DNA of 29,666 nucleotides. It comes from a virus. Taxonomy: Duplodnaviria > Heunggongvirae > Uroviricota > Caudoviricetes. The notes beneath the pieces were generated by a model that saw only the letters and a program-made list of their open reading frames with translations, did no database searches and was not told where the DNA came from. This document shows positions 8,766 through 17,906 of this stretch, one piece after another. The stretch lies in the IMG/VR virus record IMGVR_UViG_3300009034_000003. The stretch is one strand, 5' to 3'. Positions within the stretch are counted from its first letter, which is position 1. Each line of letters begins with the position of its first letter. Both the position numbers and the translations under genes were made by a program.

Positions 8766-9581
8766 ATGCGAGTACCTATCTCTAAGATTGGGGAGTTACA
8801 AAAAGTAGATATCGAGAACGATCGCGACAAAGGCGGGATCGTTTGTTACGACGACTACGCGCGGGTTTGTACCGTTTTTACTGGAACTCGTCGAGATATA
8901 GGTGACCGGTCGCCCTTCCGTATGGCAGAAATGTTCGGGGGTAGCTGGATCGACTATAATAATCACTTCGTTATTCAGCTGGCCGGATGTCCCCTGAACT
9001 GCCCCTACTGTTATGTAGATAATCTAGAAGCAGATACACACTTCTCCGCGGTTTCACTGGTGGAGTTGTATAAAGTTATTAGATTTGAGGCATTAACAAA
9101 GTTTGGAGTGAGTCTGAAAGTATTACATGTTATGGGAGGAGCTCCCGCAGTTTATTGTGAGTTTTGGCCTAAATTGCGGATGGAGTTAGATGCACTGGGT
9201 TCGTATGGCGAAGATGTTATAATATTTTCCAATGTGATTTTGGTAGAGAATTGGTTCTATGGTGTCGAGCCTTGGCGTTTTATGAACATCAAGAACTTTA
9301 TCGTAGAGGGCTGTTTGAAGGGAACGAATCGGAAAAACTTCATGGATAATACGGGTCATGATTTGTTTGGGGCAGCAGTTCGTGAGCTTTTCTACTATGT
9401 CCCCTACGATAATTTTTACCTTTCTCTGATAGGTCACGATGAGGATGACCTCCCGATGATTCACCAGTGGATAGAACCCGAGCGAGTAGATACATTGCAG
9501 ATCGTAGGATACGAGGCGACTAAAGCGAAAATGGCTGTGAGCGATGGACAACATAGGGCAGGAGATGTTGGTTATGGTTAA
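8766..9581 (+). CDS. radical SAM protein
   Basis: GCPLNCPYCYV (CxxxCxxC) and MGGAP motif. Confidence 0.8.
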   Translation: MRVPISKIGELQKVDIENDRDKGGIVCYDDYARVCTVFTGTRRDIGDRSPFRMAEMFGGSWIDYNNHFVIQLAGCPLNCPYCYVDNLEADTHFSAVSLVELYKVIRFEALTKFGVSLKVLHVMGGAPAVYCEFWPKLRMELDALGSYGEDVIIFSNVILVENWFYGVEPWRFMNIKNFIVEGCLKGTNRKNFMDNTGHDLFGAAVRELFYYVPYDNFYLSLIGHDEDDLPMIHQWIEPERVDTLQIVGYEATKAKMAVSDGQHRAGDVGYG

Positions 9582-9894
9582 AGATGATACGGAGCGAGCA
9601 GATAGTAATATGGCAACAAGTATACCTAAGGTTACTCCTGACCAAGAGGCTTGGGTCAAAGGCAGGTTACGGACGCTAGCACGTGTGGTCGACGTTGTGC
9701 TGAAGGAGCTCCGAGTAGGAGCTGATGGTCCTATTGTCGACGGAGCAATTACCGGAGCGATCAACGGCTGTGCGGTTGAGGTGGTTAGGACTTTGGGATT
9801 GGAGAACGTGTTCGTCAACCTTGAGAAGCCCATCAAGTTGCATCCAGCGGAGAGGCGAGAGGTGGTGTCTAGTGAAAGTATTTCATCACAATGA
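9544..9894 (+). CDS. hypothetical protein
   Basis: Co-oriented ORF between two recognised genes. Confidence 0.55.
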   Translation: MDNIGQEMLVMVKDDTERADSNMATSIPKVTPDQEAWVKGRLRTLARVVDVVLKELRVGADGPIVDGAITGAINGCAVEVVRTLGLENVFVNLEKPIKLHPAERREVVSSESISSQ

Positions 9895-10837
9895 TCTGGA
9901 TGGTCGTTGCGCTGCATTTATAGTAGGCCACTTTACAAAGAAGCTGCCGCCTTTGCACTTATGGCCAGGCGGTGTGAGACATGTTCAACCTTGCGCAGCG
10001 TTTATAGAGCTGGACTACGATCTTGCGTTTCCGTTTGTCCAGGTCGAAAAGGATGAGTGTGTGTACATCGTGGACTTTTCCCTTGAGCCTAGGGACATGG
10101 CTACGCTGCTGAAGATCACTTCTGATGTCCATTGGGTTGACCATCATGGAACATCTCTCGCAAAGTATGAAGATTGGCAGGGCGAAGAGATCGCAGGTAT
10201 ACGTGAAGTTGGGAAAGCGGGTTGTGTGCTTACCTATAAGTATTGTATGGGGTTGCTTCGGAATAGTTACTATGACGATGAGGAGGTCCCCTGGTTTGTT
10301 AAGCTTATAGGGGACAGGGACACATGGAGCTGGGAATATGGTGATCGTACCAAGTTTTTCTGCAGGGGAATGAGGACGGTAGATACTTCCCCCGCTTCAG
10401 AGAAGTGGTATGATGCATGGAAGTCGACCGAGCCTTTTGAGGCAGCCGGAAAGGTCCTGGATGCTGCTTTTTTGCAAGAGGCGAAAGATTCCATAGCGAA
10501 GCTTGGTTTTTGGGTGGAGTTCGACGGTCATAGGTGCTTTGCTTATAATGGGCGGCCTATGGGTCACGAGTACATTGAAGTGGCAGCACCTGATGCTGAT
10601 ATATGGATATGCTTTTGGTTTTCGAACAACCAGTGGAGCATTAGGCTTTATTCTAGAACAGAGGATGTATCCAAGATAGCAGAGAGGTACGAGCACAACG
10701 GCCGGCGGGGCGGAGGCCATCCACTCGAACCTGGTAAGGGCAGTGCAGCAGGTTTCCAGTGCGTGTATCCGCCATTTCTACCTGCTGTTCGGCCTGGTGT
10801 GGCTACATATGAGGACTTAAGGAAGCGTTTGGGATGA
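9872..10837 (+). CDS. DHH/DHHA1-family phosphoesterase (NrnB/oligoribonuclease-like)
   Basis: HHNDLDG, YIVDFS, WVDHH, GGGHP...AAGF. GTG start at 9872 after GAGGTG; the upstream ORF extension is unlikely. Confidence 0.85.
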   Translation: MKVFHHNDLDGRCAAFIVGHFTKKLPPLHLWPGGVRHVQPCAAFIELDYDLAFPFVQVEKDECVYIVDFSLEPRDMATLLKITSDVHWVDHHGTSLAKYEDWQGEEIAGIREVGKAGCVLTYKYCMGLLRNSYYDDEEVPWFVKLIGDRDTWSWEYGDRTKFFCRGMRTVDTSPASEKWYDAWKSTEPFEAAGKVLDAAFLQEAKDSIAKLGFWVEFDGHRCFAYNGRPMGHEYIEVAAPDADIWICFWFSNNQWSIRLYSRTEDVSKIAERYEHNGRRGGGHPLEPGKGSAAGFQCVYPPFLPAVRPGVATYEDLRKRLG

Positions 10838-10862
10838 GGGTGTAAGTGATTGGGGGTCTGCA

Positions 10863-11141
10863 GTGATAGATCTTCGGTGTATAATCTGTGATAAGACTGA
10901 GCGACTGCAACCCTCAGAGATTGCAAAGCGAGGCTGGCTTCTTCGGCATCATGATGAAGCGTATAACCTTATGTTTTGTATTATGTTATGTCCGGAGCAT
11001 AATACTCCCGAGAACGACGAGAAGGCAGTGGGAATTCGTAGGAAGCGTCATGTTCGGATTGTAGCTGAGGATCGATTTCCTGATTGGTATTTTGAAGATG
11101 TTGTGGATGGGGGTAGTAGTGATAAAGAAGATCAAGATTAA
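10863..11141 (+). CDS. hypothetical protein (Cys-containing)
   Basis: CIICD...CPEH, possible Zn site. Confidence 0.55.
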   Translation: MIDLRCIICDKTERLQPSEIAKRGWLLRHHDEAYNLMFCIMLCPEHNTPENDEKAVGIRRKRHVRIVAEDRFPDWYFEDVVDGGSSDKEDQD

Positions 11142-12300
11142 AAGTTTTCAGTCTCATAAGGATACCGAGATATCTCCGTCTCCCGGTGTGAATGTTGTTG
11201 TCGGTAAAAATATGTCTGGAAAGAGTGCTTTGCTTCGGGCATTGCGGCTGTTGTTCTATAATAAACCCGAAGGAAGCGATTTTGTTAGTTGGGGAGATAC
11301 AAACACGGAGGTTGCAATTGAGTATGGGGATCATATAGTACGTCGTGTGAAGGGAAAGAGAAAAAACGTGTATATAGTAGACGATAGCGAGTTTACTAGA
11401 TTCGGTAGAGCGGTTCCCCAAGAGGTTATTGATGTACTAGGAGTAGCTCCTATACGTGTAGATGATGCGGCCTACGAGCTGAACATTGGTGATCCGCACG
11501 CCCCTCCTTTCCTTGTTTCTGAAACAGATGCTGTAAAAGGCAAGGTGTTTTCTAGGCTTGGTGAGCGTTTGCTTGGGGACCTTGTTCGTTTGGATAAAGC
11601 AATTACGAAGGCCAATACCACTCTTCGGAAAATGGGTTCTGAATCCAATGTTTTAGCCAGTGAGGCTTCTACTGTTGAAGGTGCGCTGGACGCTTTTTTG
11701 CCTCTGGATGGCATAGAAGGAAAATTGAGTATGTGCCATAGCCTGCTTGCTAGAGCTGCAAGTATGGAAGAGGATCTTGATCAGCTAGGGTCATATAGTG
11801 AAACGCTTAGGCAGGTAGGAGCTGATATTGAATTTGGTAATAATATAGTTGCTGTGTATGATTTTGTGGATCTCGATTCTAAGGTGTCTGAGGCGGTCGA
11901 TTTCCAGAGGGAACTGGAGGTTCTTACAAAGAGCAGGGGGTATTTAGTTGATATTGAAACGGCTGCGACTGATCTAAAAGCAAGGCACAAAGTACTGGGC
12001 GTTATCCCCGAGATCTCACAAGCCGAGAGGGCACTGGAGGAGCTGGAATCACTGCGTGCTCTCTCGCTTGATTTACAACGAGTAGACAAGGCTATAAATC
12101 GGGCGAAATCTTCGCGAGAACGAGTAGCAAGTCAACTGGACAAGGCGCTTCATGAGTACCAAGAGAAGCTACTCGAGGCGAAAAGGTGCCCGATCTGTTT
12201 TGGTCCTGTGGATGAGCACAGTATAGAAAGGATTTTAGAGGAGCTTACGAGCGATGGAGAGGGCGGAAATAGAGGAGATGGTAAAGGGTCTAATAGCTAA
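11119..12300 (+). CDS. sbcC: SbcC/Rad50 (gp46-like) ATPase, N-terminal half
   Basis: IKIKSFQSH...VVVGKNMSGKSALLRAL (Walker A), coiled coil, ends just after a CPIC zinc hook; no Walker B. Confidence 0.85.
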   Translation: MIKKIKIKSFQSHKDTEISPSPGVNVVVGKNMSGKSALLRALRLLFYNKPEGSDFVSWGDTNTEVAIEYGDHIVRRVKGKRKNVYIVDDSEFTRFGRAVPQEVIDVLGVAPIRVDDAAYELNIGDPHAPPFLVSETDAVKGKVFSRLGERLLGDLVRLDKAITKANTTLRKMGSESNVLASEASTVEGALDAFLPLDGIEGKLSMCHSLLARAASMEEDLDQLGSYSETLRQVGADIEFGNNIVAVYDFVDLDSKVSEAVDFQRELEVLTKSRGYLVDIETAATDLKARHKVLGVIPEISQAERALEELESLRALSLDLQRVDKAINRAKSSRERVASQLDKALHEYQEKLLEAKRCPICFGPVDEHSIERILEELTSDGEGGNRGDGKGSNS

Positions 12301-12493
12301 GTATTCTTCTCTAGGAGAAGTTACTGATGTGTGGTTGAATCCCTATGTGATGGAAGTTCTTGATCCTCGGCCGCCATTGGAACGATTGAACGCGCATTAT
12401 AAAATAGGACCGGTGTGGGTATCAGCGTTTTCAGAGTTACAAGAGGATGAAGTCCGTATAGCATTTTGTACTAAGATTGGTACTGGAGAATGA
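12254..12493 (+). CDS. hypothetical protein
   Basis: Co-oriented ORF overlapping both neighbours. Confidence 0.5.
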   Translation: MERAEIEEMVKGLIAKYSSLGEVTDVWLNPYVMEVLDPRPPLERLNAHYKIGPVWVSAFSELQEDEVRIAFCTKIGTGE

Positions 12494-13359
12494 GTCTCCT
12501 TGTTTTGACCGATATACATATGTCTGCGAGTAAACCAGCCGGAAGAGTAGGTGACTACGTTGCTGATGTGGACGCCAAGTTACAGGAGGTAGCGGACCTC
12601 GCACATAAGTTGAATGTAGATGCTGTTCTTTGTGCGGGTGATATTTTCCACCGACCAGCTCCAGCACTTTCTGTGCTCGCTCGTTTTCTAACCTTTTTGG
12701 AGTGGCTGGATATACGTTTTATTACTATTCCGGGTTCGCACGATTTGGTCGGTAATAATCTTGACGTTTTATACCGGACGGCGATCGGTGTGCTGGATCG
12801 TCTAGGCTTGATCGAGCTGCTCACACCCGTGACAAAAGATGTGACTAGGGTCGGACCGTTTGTTGTAGGGTCACCTTATGTCGATGTTCCAGACATTAAA
12901 CTTGTGCATGAATCAGTAGTCCCGGAACCGACCTTTGGGGAGTACACCTTACTTAAGGATTATAAGGCTCGTTCCAAGATAGTAGTTGTCGGTCATGAGC
13001 ACAGCGGGTATGACCTAAAGACAATTGACAGTACCACTTATGTTTGTCCCGGTTCTTTAGTCAGGACTGTAGCTCGGGAGAGCGAATTGGATCGAAGACC
13101 CAGAGTGGCGATTATACGCGAAGATTACAGTGTCGAGTGGCGTGAGTTACAGATAGCTAAGCCAGGGAGCGAGGTGCTTGTACCACCCATTGTGACCCCT
13201 GAGGTAGATTTTGCTGGTGTTGTCAAAGAATGGGCTTCCGTGAAGATAGAAGAGATTGATGTAACTACACTGCTTAAAGAGGTAGCAGAGGAGGAAGAGG
13301 CCCCCAAAGAAGTTATAGATTACGCGCTTGCGATGCTTGGAGATGATAGTGGCTTATAG
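12490..13359 (+). CDS. sbcD: SbcD/Mre11 (gp47-like) metallophosphoesterase nuclease
   Basis: LTDIH, AGDIFH, PGSHD, HES, GHEH, PGSL motifs. Confidence 0.9.
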   Translation: MSLLVLTDIHMSASKPAGRVGDYVADVDAKLQEVADLAHKLNVDAVLCAGDIFHRPAPALSVLARFLTFLEWLDIRFITIPGSHDLVGNNLDVLYRTAIGVLDRLGLIELLTPVTKDVTRVGPFVVGSPYVDVPDIKLVHESVVPEPTFGEYTLLKDYKARSKIVVVGHEHSGYDLKTIDSTTYVCPGSLVRTVARESELDRRPRVAIIREDYSVEWRELQIAKPGSEVLVPPIVTPEVDFAGVVKEWASVKIEEIDVTTLLKEVAEEEEAPKEVIDYALAMLGDDSGL

Positions 13360-13555
13360 AGTGATGGATCGACGGGGTGATTGTATAAAGATTCTTCGGG
13401 AACAAGAGGCGTTGGAAGCGGGTTATCTTGTAACTCCTTTTGGAGATTTGTTAAGGGCCCGGTTTGAAGAAGCGCCTAGCGGAAAGCTAGTTGGATATTT
13501 TGAGGAAGTTTCAGAGGAAGATTTTGCAGTTCTTCGTGTTATTGGGTGTGGGTGA
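13328..13555 (+). CDS. hypothetical protein
   Basis: Co-oriented short ORF; start uncertain. Confidence 0.45.
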   Translation: MRCLEMIVAYRVMDRRGDCIKILREQEALEAGYLVTPFGDLLRARFEEAPSGKLVGYFEEVSEEDFAVLRVIGCG

Positions 13556-13881
13556 GAGATGTGAAAATGCACACAGATCTGAATGAGCATTTGATAGGCT
13601 TGGCTGATCGTATAGCTGAGTTAAAGGACGAAAGAGCTCGGGTAGAGGGGCAGATGCAGACACTAGAGGCACAGCGTAAGGCTGTCCTGGATGGCTGTCG
13701 AGATATGGGTGTTGACCCTGATAAGTTGGATAACGAGATAGAGTTGAAGGAGAAGTCTTTACATAGTCTGATTCAAGATGTTGAAAAGGCTCTAACCGAT
13801 ATTGAGTTACGTAGGAATGAGGTCATTAAGCGCGAGCGAGATAAGGAGCGAGAGGCTAGTAGCAACGGAGAAGAACGTTAG
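13546..13881 (+). CDS. coiled-coil protein (possibly part of the split SbcC)
   Basis: Heptad-rich E/K/L sequence lying between sbcD and the SbcC C-half. Confidence 0.6.
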   Translation: MWVRDVKMHTDLNEHLIGLADRIAELKDERARVEGQMQTLEAQRKAVLDGCRDMGVDPDKLDNEIELKEKSLHSLIQDVEKALTDIELRRNEVIKRERDKEREASSNGEER

Positions 13882-14470
13882 CTATTTGCTAGGCCGAAGG
13901 AACGAGCTGGCCGAACGGCTTGATAACCTGAGAAGCAGGTTGTCGGCACTTGAAGCTGAGCGAGAACTTCTTACTGCTTCTCGGACGCTTTTTCAAAAGG
14001 TCTCTATGCTGGTGCGATACAAGATTTCGGACCGTTTTGCGGAGCTTGCGACTGATGCTCTTAAGTTTATTTTCCAGCGTGAGGATTTGAAGTTCTTAGT
14101 TGATCTTGATGTCAAGGGCAATCTCCCTGTTGCCTCCTTTTCGGTTGAGGTAGATGGACACGCAGTTGATCCAAGAAGAGCCCTCGGAGGATCTGTTTAT
14201 GAAATAATTGGAGTGTGTTTGAGGTTGATATGCCTAGAAGTTTTTAAGATTAAGGGCCCCTTGATTCTCGACGAGCCTTTACGTTCGGTTGATGATACTA
14301 ATTTGAGCAATGCCCTTGGATTTATTTTGCAATATTGCAAGTCTACCGGCCGACAGCTTTTCATTGTGACTCATAATAATCAGATTGCGAATGCCGCTGA
14401 TAAACTCTTTGAAGTCACACAAGCTAACGGAATAAGTTCTATTCACGAAAGAGCCGTAGGTATTATTTAG
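13802..14470 (+). CDS. sbcC: SbcC/Rad50 ATPase, C-terminal half
   Basis: Coiled coil, then degenerate signature (LGGSVYEII), Walker B/D-loop LILDEPLRSVD, H-loop IVTHN. Start 13802 or 13817. Confidence 0.85.
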   Translation: MSYVGMRSLSASEIRSERLVATEKNVSYLLGRRNELAERLDNLRSRLSALEAERELLTASRTLFQKVSMLVRYKISDRFAELATDALKFIFQREDLKFLVDLDVKGNLPVASFSVEVDGHAVDPRRALGGSVYEIIGVCLRLICLEVFKIKGPLILDEPLRSVDDTNLSNALGFILQYCKSTGRQLFIVTHNNQIANAADKLFEVTQANGISSIHERAVGII

Positions 14471-14495
14471 CGGAGAGGTGATTTCGAGGTGAACT

Positions 14496-15311
14496 ATGTT
14501 TACGTGCAATGATTGCGGTAAGCACAAGGTGGCTAGGGCTGTTTTGACGGGAGAAATTTTACGCGTTGTTTGTGCCGATTGTGGTGAGAGCCAGGTCACA
14601 AGTTTCCGTGCCGGTCAGACCATTACTGTAGAGCCTGGGGTAGACGTTGAAGAGTTTGTGCCGGAAGATGAAGCTAAATATCCTTGGCTTGAGTTGGCCC
14701 CCAAGGAGCAGTATGAAGAGATGCGTCGGGAGCTGGATCTCCCTCCAGAGGTAGAGATTCCGGATCCAGGGACTGATGTGCCTACTATATTCAAAGAGCC
14801 CGAGCCGAGACCTGGTGTACCTGTTATTGAGCATGATCCCAAGTTCTACGGCCGTAACATGACGCGTTTGTGGGCGTTCGGGTGGGATCAGCTTGGCGAC
14901 CTTATGGGAGACGAGCTTTATACAGAGTTTGCTGAGCCCATGTTGCATCAAATAGCAGATACTCCCGAATATGTTGAACAGCTTTACACGCCGTATGGTG
15001 GTAGCCGGCTGCAGAATGAGTTCGTAGGGCTTGTGAAGGAACACATTTACCATGATCTAGCTGAACGTGGCATTGCTCCTGATGTAGGTCGTGGCAAGTT
15101 TGGTATAGAGCCTGGTTATGAGAAAAATGAGGAACGGGGTGAGTACGTTTACAATATAGTTTTCAATGAGGGGCATCCCGATTACCTAGGCAAGCCTCCC
15201 TTGTATGTAGCGGAGGAGACTCCCTGGTTAGTTAAGCTATTGCAGCAGGTAAGAGCTTGGGAGGTTGAGAATCTGGAGCCCGAGGAGCTGAAATATGTAT
15301 GGGAGAGTTGA
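14496..15311 (+). CDS. hypothetical protein with N-terminal Zn ribbon
   Basis: CNDC...CADC; GAGGTG RBS. Confidence 0.65.
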   Translation: MFTCNDCGKHKVARAVLTGEILRVVCADCGESQVTSFRAGQTITVEPGVDVEEFVPEDEAKYPWLELAPKEQYEEMRRELDLPPEVEIPDPGTDVPTIFKEPEPRPGVPVIEHDPKFYGRNMTRLWAFGWDQLGDLMGDELYTEFAEPMLHQIADTPEYVEQLYTPYGGSRLQNEFVGLVKEHIYHDLAERGIAPDVGRGKFGIEPGYEKNEERGEYVYNIVFNEGHPDYLGKPPLYVAEETPWLVKLLQQVRAWEVENLEPEELKYVWES

Positions 15312-15317
15312 CGAAAG

Positions 15318-15866
15318 GTGGTAGTATTTATGTCCAATGCAAAGACGCCTATAACAGAGGGTGACATACGTAGCGGGTGGTTCAAATTGCTTATTCCTGA
15401 GATGGATAAGGTCTTCGGGGGTTTGTTCTGGAGTGACCAGGTGAAATTTTCACCACTTCCTTTTGTATATGGGAAACTAGAACCTGATATGGTGGCTTTT
15501 GACGTTGAGCTATCTGTGCCTTTCCTTGCTGTGGATCGCGTAGTCCTGGTCGAGATTGTCGAAAGTAAAATGGAAGACGAAGACGAGGACGAAGGTTCGG
15601 GTGCTGAGACGCAAGTTGAGGAACAAGCTGAGACGCACTTCGAGATCAAGGTTAGACCTCTGAAGTTACTGGCCATGGATCAGGAGAACCGCTGTTTTAT
15701 ACCGACGCGGTTTGTCACATGTATTTTGCCCGTAGATCCTCGCCATCCACTTGTAGCTACTTTAATAGCTGTGACAACCGATATTGTTATTCCGCCGCCC
15801 GGAGAAGTGGGCAAGATTCTTGATATAAAGGGACGAGAGGTCGATCCAAATCAGCCAAGAGGATAG
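15318..15866 (+). CDS. hypothetical protein
   Basis: 182-aa ORF with an acidic tract. Confidence 0.6.
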   Translation: MVVFMSNAKTPITEGDIRSGWFKLLIPEMDKVFGGLFWSDQVKFSPLPFVYGKLEPDMVAFDVELSVPFLAVDRVVLVEIVESKMEDEDEDEGSGAETQVEEQAETHFEIKVRPLKLLAMDQENRCFIPTRFVTCILPVDPRHPLVATLIAVTTDIVIPPPGEVGKILDIKGREVDPNQPRG

Positions 15867-16232
15867 ATGAACGCTGCTAGGGATGAGGGATATATTGCCT
15901 GTAGGCTTGATAATATAGTTACCCTGACAAAGCAGGGTAGGGTTATTCAGTTTGTTGTGTGGGACCGGGACACCTTGTGTTCAGGATCAAAGGGTATCTT
16001 TCCCGTGTGGTTTCGAGTCGCGAGTGTTTGTAAGGGTCCAAGAGAGTGCATTTTATTAAAGTACGGAGAGCTTCTATATCCTCCGGATACCACGATTTGG
16101 GTACCTTTGCTGGACGAGACAGACTGGTCCGATATTGCAGCAAAGTTTGCAAGTTTACCTAGAGATAGTCGGTGTGATCCGGTGAGAGGTCACGTAGAGG
16201 AAATGAAACGGAAATGGGGAATCGTGAGATAG
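15867..16232 (+). CDS. hypothetical protein
   Basis: Abuts upstream stop; RBS present. Confidence 0.55.
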   Translation: MNAARDEGYIACRLDNIVTLTKQGRVIQFVVWDRDTLCSGSKGIFPVWFRVASVCKGPRECILLKYGELLYPPDTTIWVPLLDETDWSDIAAKFASLPRDSRCDPVRGHVEEMKRKWGIVR

Positions 16233-16242
16233 GAGCATTGAA

Positions 16243-16752
16243 ATGGAGACCAAAAAGATTCAGGAAGGGATAGTTCGCGTTCTTGGTCCGGTTGGTTCAG
16301 TTTTAGATGTAGGCTGCGGTGATTGCTCATTGGTCCGGTTCCTCGCGAAGACGATAGCGCAAGAGGCCATTGGTATCGATTTGGAGAGGGACTTTCCGGA
16401 GAAGATGCGGTTTAACATAGGCGGAGAGGGCCATACAGCAGAGTGCATAGAGGGTGACGCCCGTGCCATAGATTTTCCCGATGGGCGCTTTGACGCTGTT
16501 GTGTCCATGCGAGCTTTTCACGAGGTAGAAGATCCAGCAGGCGCTTTGTTCGAGATGCGGAGGGTGCTAAGACCTGGAGGAATGTTGCTAGTAGCAGATT
16601 TTACGGAAGGCGAGCCCGACGAGAGTGAGGGTTACTATGCCCCGGAGGCTATAGAGTCACTGTTGAAAGAGAACGGTTTCGAGCAGGTTGAAGTGATTCA
16701 AATTCCCCGCGACACGTTCATGTTTGCTGCTGGAAAGAAACCCCCGCTCTAA
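16243..16752 (+). CDS. class I SAM-dependent methyltransferase
   Basis: VLDVGCGDC, GIDL, EGDARAIDFPDGRFDAVVS...FHEV...EMRRVLRPGG. Confidence 0.9.
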   Translation: METKKIQEGIVRVLGPVGSVLDVGCGDCSLVRFLAKTIAQEAIGIDLERDFPEKMRFNIGGEGHTAECIEGDARAIDFPDGRFDAVVSMRAFHEVEDPAGALFEMRRVLRPGGMLLVADFTEGEPDESEGYYAPEAIESLLKENGFEQVEVIQIPRDTFMFAAGKKPPL

Positions 16753-16760
16753 TTTTTTTG

Positions 16761-16789
16761 GTGCAAAAAAGATTCAATGGTCATATAAT
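16761..16789 (+). promoter_or_regulatory. putative sigma70-type promoter of the Y RNA array
   Basis: GTGCAA, 17 bp, TATAAT (16784-16789); same CATATAATA context as the 2710 promoter; -35 is imperfect. Confidence 0.5.
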
Positions 16790-16827
16790 AAAGTGAGCCG
16801 CGAAAAAATATTTGAAAAATTGCATAT

Positions 16828-16980
16828 TCGGTTGGACCGTTGTCAGTGAGTTATCACAAGTTCGAATCTTGTTCCGGGTTCCCCGGGGTGAGAGCCTCGG
16901 GCTACATGCCCGGATCGCTCGTTGGTAAGAGCACCCCTCTTCGGAGGGAACCATTCACAAGGCATTTTTTCGTCTGCCGA
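16828..16980 (+). ncRNA. Y RNA-like unit Y1 (permuted tRNA-like cargo)
   Basis: GGACCG 16834 / TCGTCT 16970 bulged helix; GTGAGTTATC; T arm ACAAG-TTCGAAT-CTTGT; closed acceptor; D arm GCTC-GTTGGTAA-GAGC; CCCTC-TTCG-GAGGG arm. Confidence 0.8.
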
Positions 16981-17031
16981 ATTGACGAAGGGGTGCAAAT
17001 TGCGAAAATTGTTAATAAAGAAGTAGTATTC

Positions 17032-17160
17032 TAACGGGCCGTTAGTTATGGGTTATCGGAAAGAGCACCAGCTTCGGCTGGCTGTACCGGTTCAAGCCCG
17101 GTTCCTTGTGCAAACGAGGATAGCTCAATAATAACGCCCATGACACCCACTCGCCCGTTA
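17032..17160 (+). ncRNA. Y RNA-like unit Y2 (tRNA-like cargo opened in D loop)
   Basis: TAACGGGCCG / TCGCCCGTTA; GGGTTATC; order GAGC, CCAGC-TTCG-GCTGG, T arm ACCGG-TTCAAGC-CCGGT, closed acceptor, TAGCTC. Confidence 0.85.
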
Positions 17161-17174
17161 TATCGACGACCTGA

Positions 17175-17308
17175 ATAAATGGGCCGGACGTATGAGGGTT
17201 ATCTCACTTTCAATGAGAAGATGGGAGGTTCGAGTCCTTCCCTACCGAAAGGTAGTAGCTCAAAGGTAGAGCACTAAATATTCCTCGTGCAAACTTTCGC
17301 CCATTTAT
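17175..17308 (+). ncRNA. Y RNA-like unit Y3 (tRNA-like cargo with intact TTC anticodon arm)
   Basis: ATAAATGGGCCG / TCGCCCATTTAT; GGGTTATC; TCTCA-CTTTCAA-TGAGA, T arm GGAGG-TTCGAGT-CCTTC, CTACC-GAAA-GGTAG, D arm GCTC-AAAGGTA-GAGC. Confidence 0.85.
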
Positions 17309-17339
17309 CTTCTTGATATATTGTATCAATTTTGTGTTG

Positions 17340-17451
17340 TGTTGGGTTGGGTTGCTAGAGGGTTGTTACAGGGATTACCGTACAATAGCTTCCGGAGGCT
17401 GTACGGACTTGGAGCAAGGTGCTGGGAAACTTGCAGCAACTCTTCTCAACA
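17340..17451 (+). ncRNA. structured RNA within array (possible degenerate unit)
   Basis: TGTTGGG/CTCAACA and GAGGGTTGT/GCAACTCTT stems, GGGATTAC motif, inner CGTAC/GTACG hairpin; no bulged Ro helix. Confidence 0.35.
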
Positions 17452-17462
17452 TAAGCGATCTT

Positions 17463-17571
17463 ATGTGGGCCGTTGAGTAAAGGTTACCATTAGCACCGCG
17501 ACCAGACCAGGGGTGGTCGTTAATATACCTTCCGCGGTTTAACAGTGTCTTTATTCGCTATTCGCCCACAT
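17463..17571 (+). ncRNA. Y RNA-like unit Y4
   Basis: ATGTGGGCCG / TCGCCCACAT; GAGTAAAG/CTTTATTC stem; GGTTACC; ACCGCG/CGCGGT cargo. Confidence 0.8.
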
Positions 17572-17593
17572 GTTCTTTGACAGGTGAATTACT

Positions 17594-17706
17594 GACTTTT
17601 ATGAGAAGATGATAGACCAAATGAGCCACGGTGCATGGCTGAGGTTTCACATTTGGCATCACCTCCTTTCAAGAGTATCATTCTTCAAATCTTGCTCATA
17701 AGAGTC
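17594..17706 (+). ncRNA. structured RNA within array (non-Y)
   Basis: GACTTTTATGAG/CTCATAAGAGTC 12-bp stem, inner CCAAATG/CATTTGG and AGCCA/TGGCT stems. Confidence 0.4.
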
Positions 17707-17708
17707 TT

Positions 17709-17906
17709 TCGGGCCGGTAGGAGAGGGTTATCAATACGATAAACCTGGTTACGGATCCGTGTAAAATCCGTATTCTGCCACGCGGGCAGAATAAAAGTAA
17801 TAAGCGCACTCGGTCGTGTGGACCGAGGTTAAACAACTAATCACTAGTCGACGGACTATAACTAATCGTAGAACGAAATGTTCGTCCTCGCCTAATATTC
17901 GCCCGA
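17709..17906 (+). ncRNA. Y RNA-like unit Y5 (multi-hairpin cargo)
   Basis: TCGGGCCG / TCGCCCGA; TAGGAGAGGG/TCCTCGCCTA; GGGTTATC; hairpins TACGGA/TCCGTA, TTCTGCC/GGCAGAA, CTCGGTC/GACCGAG, TAGTC/GACTA. Confidence 0.8.

Noticed and set aside
17577-17605. Promoter at TTGACA 17577
   Set aside because: The -10 at 17 bp is TATGAG (lacks the conserved last T); better explained as one arm of the inverted repeat.
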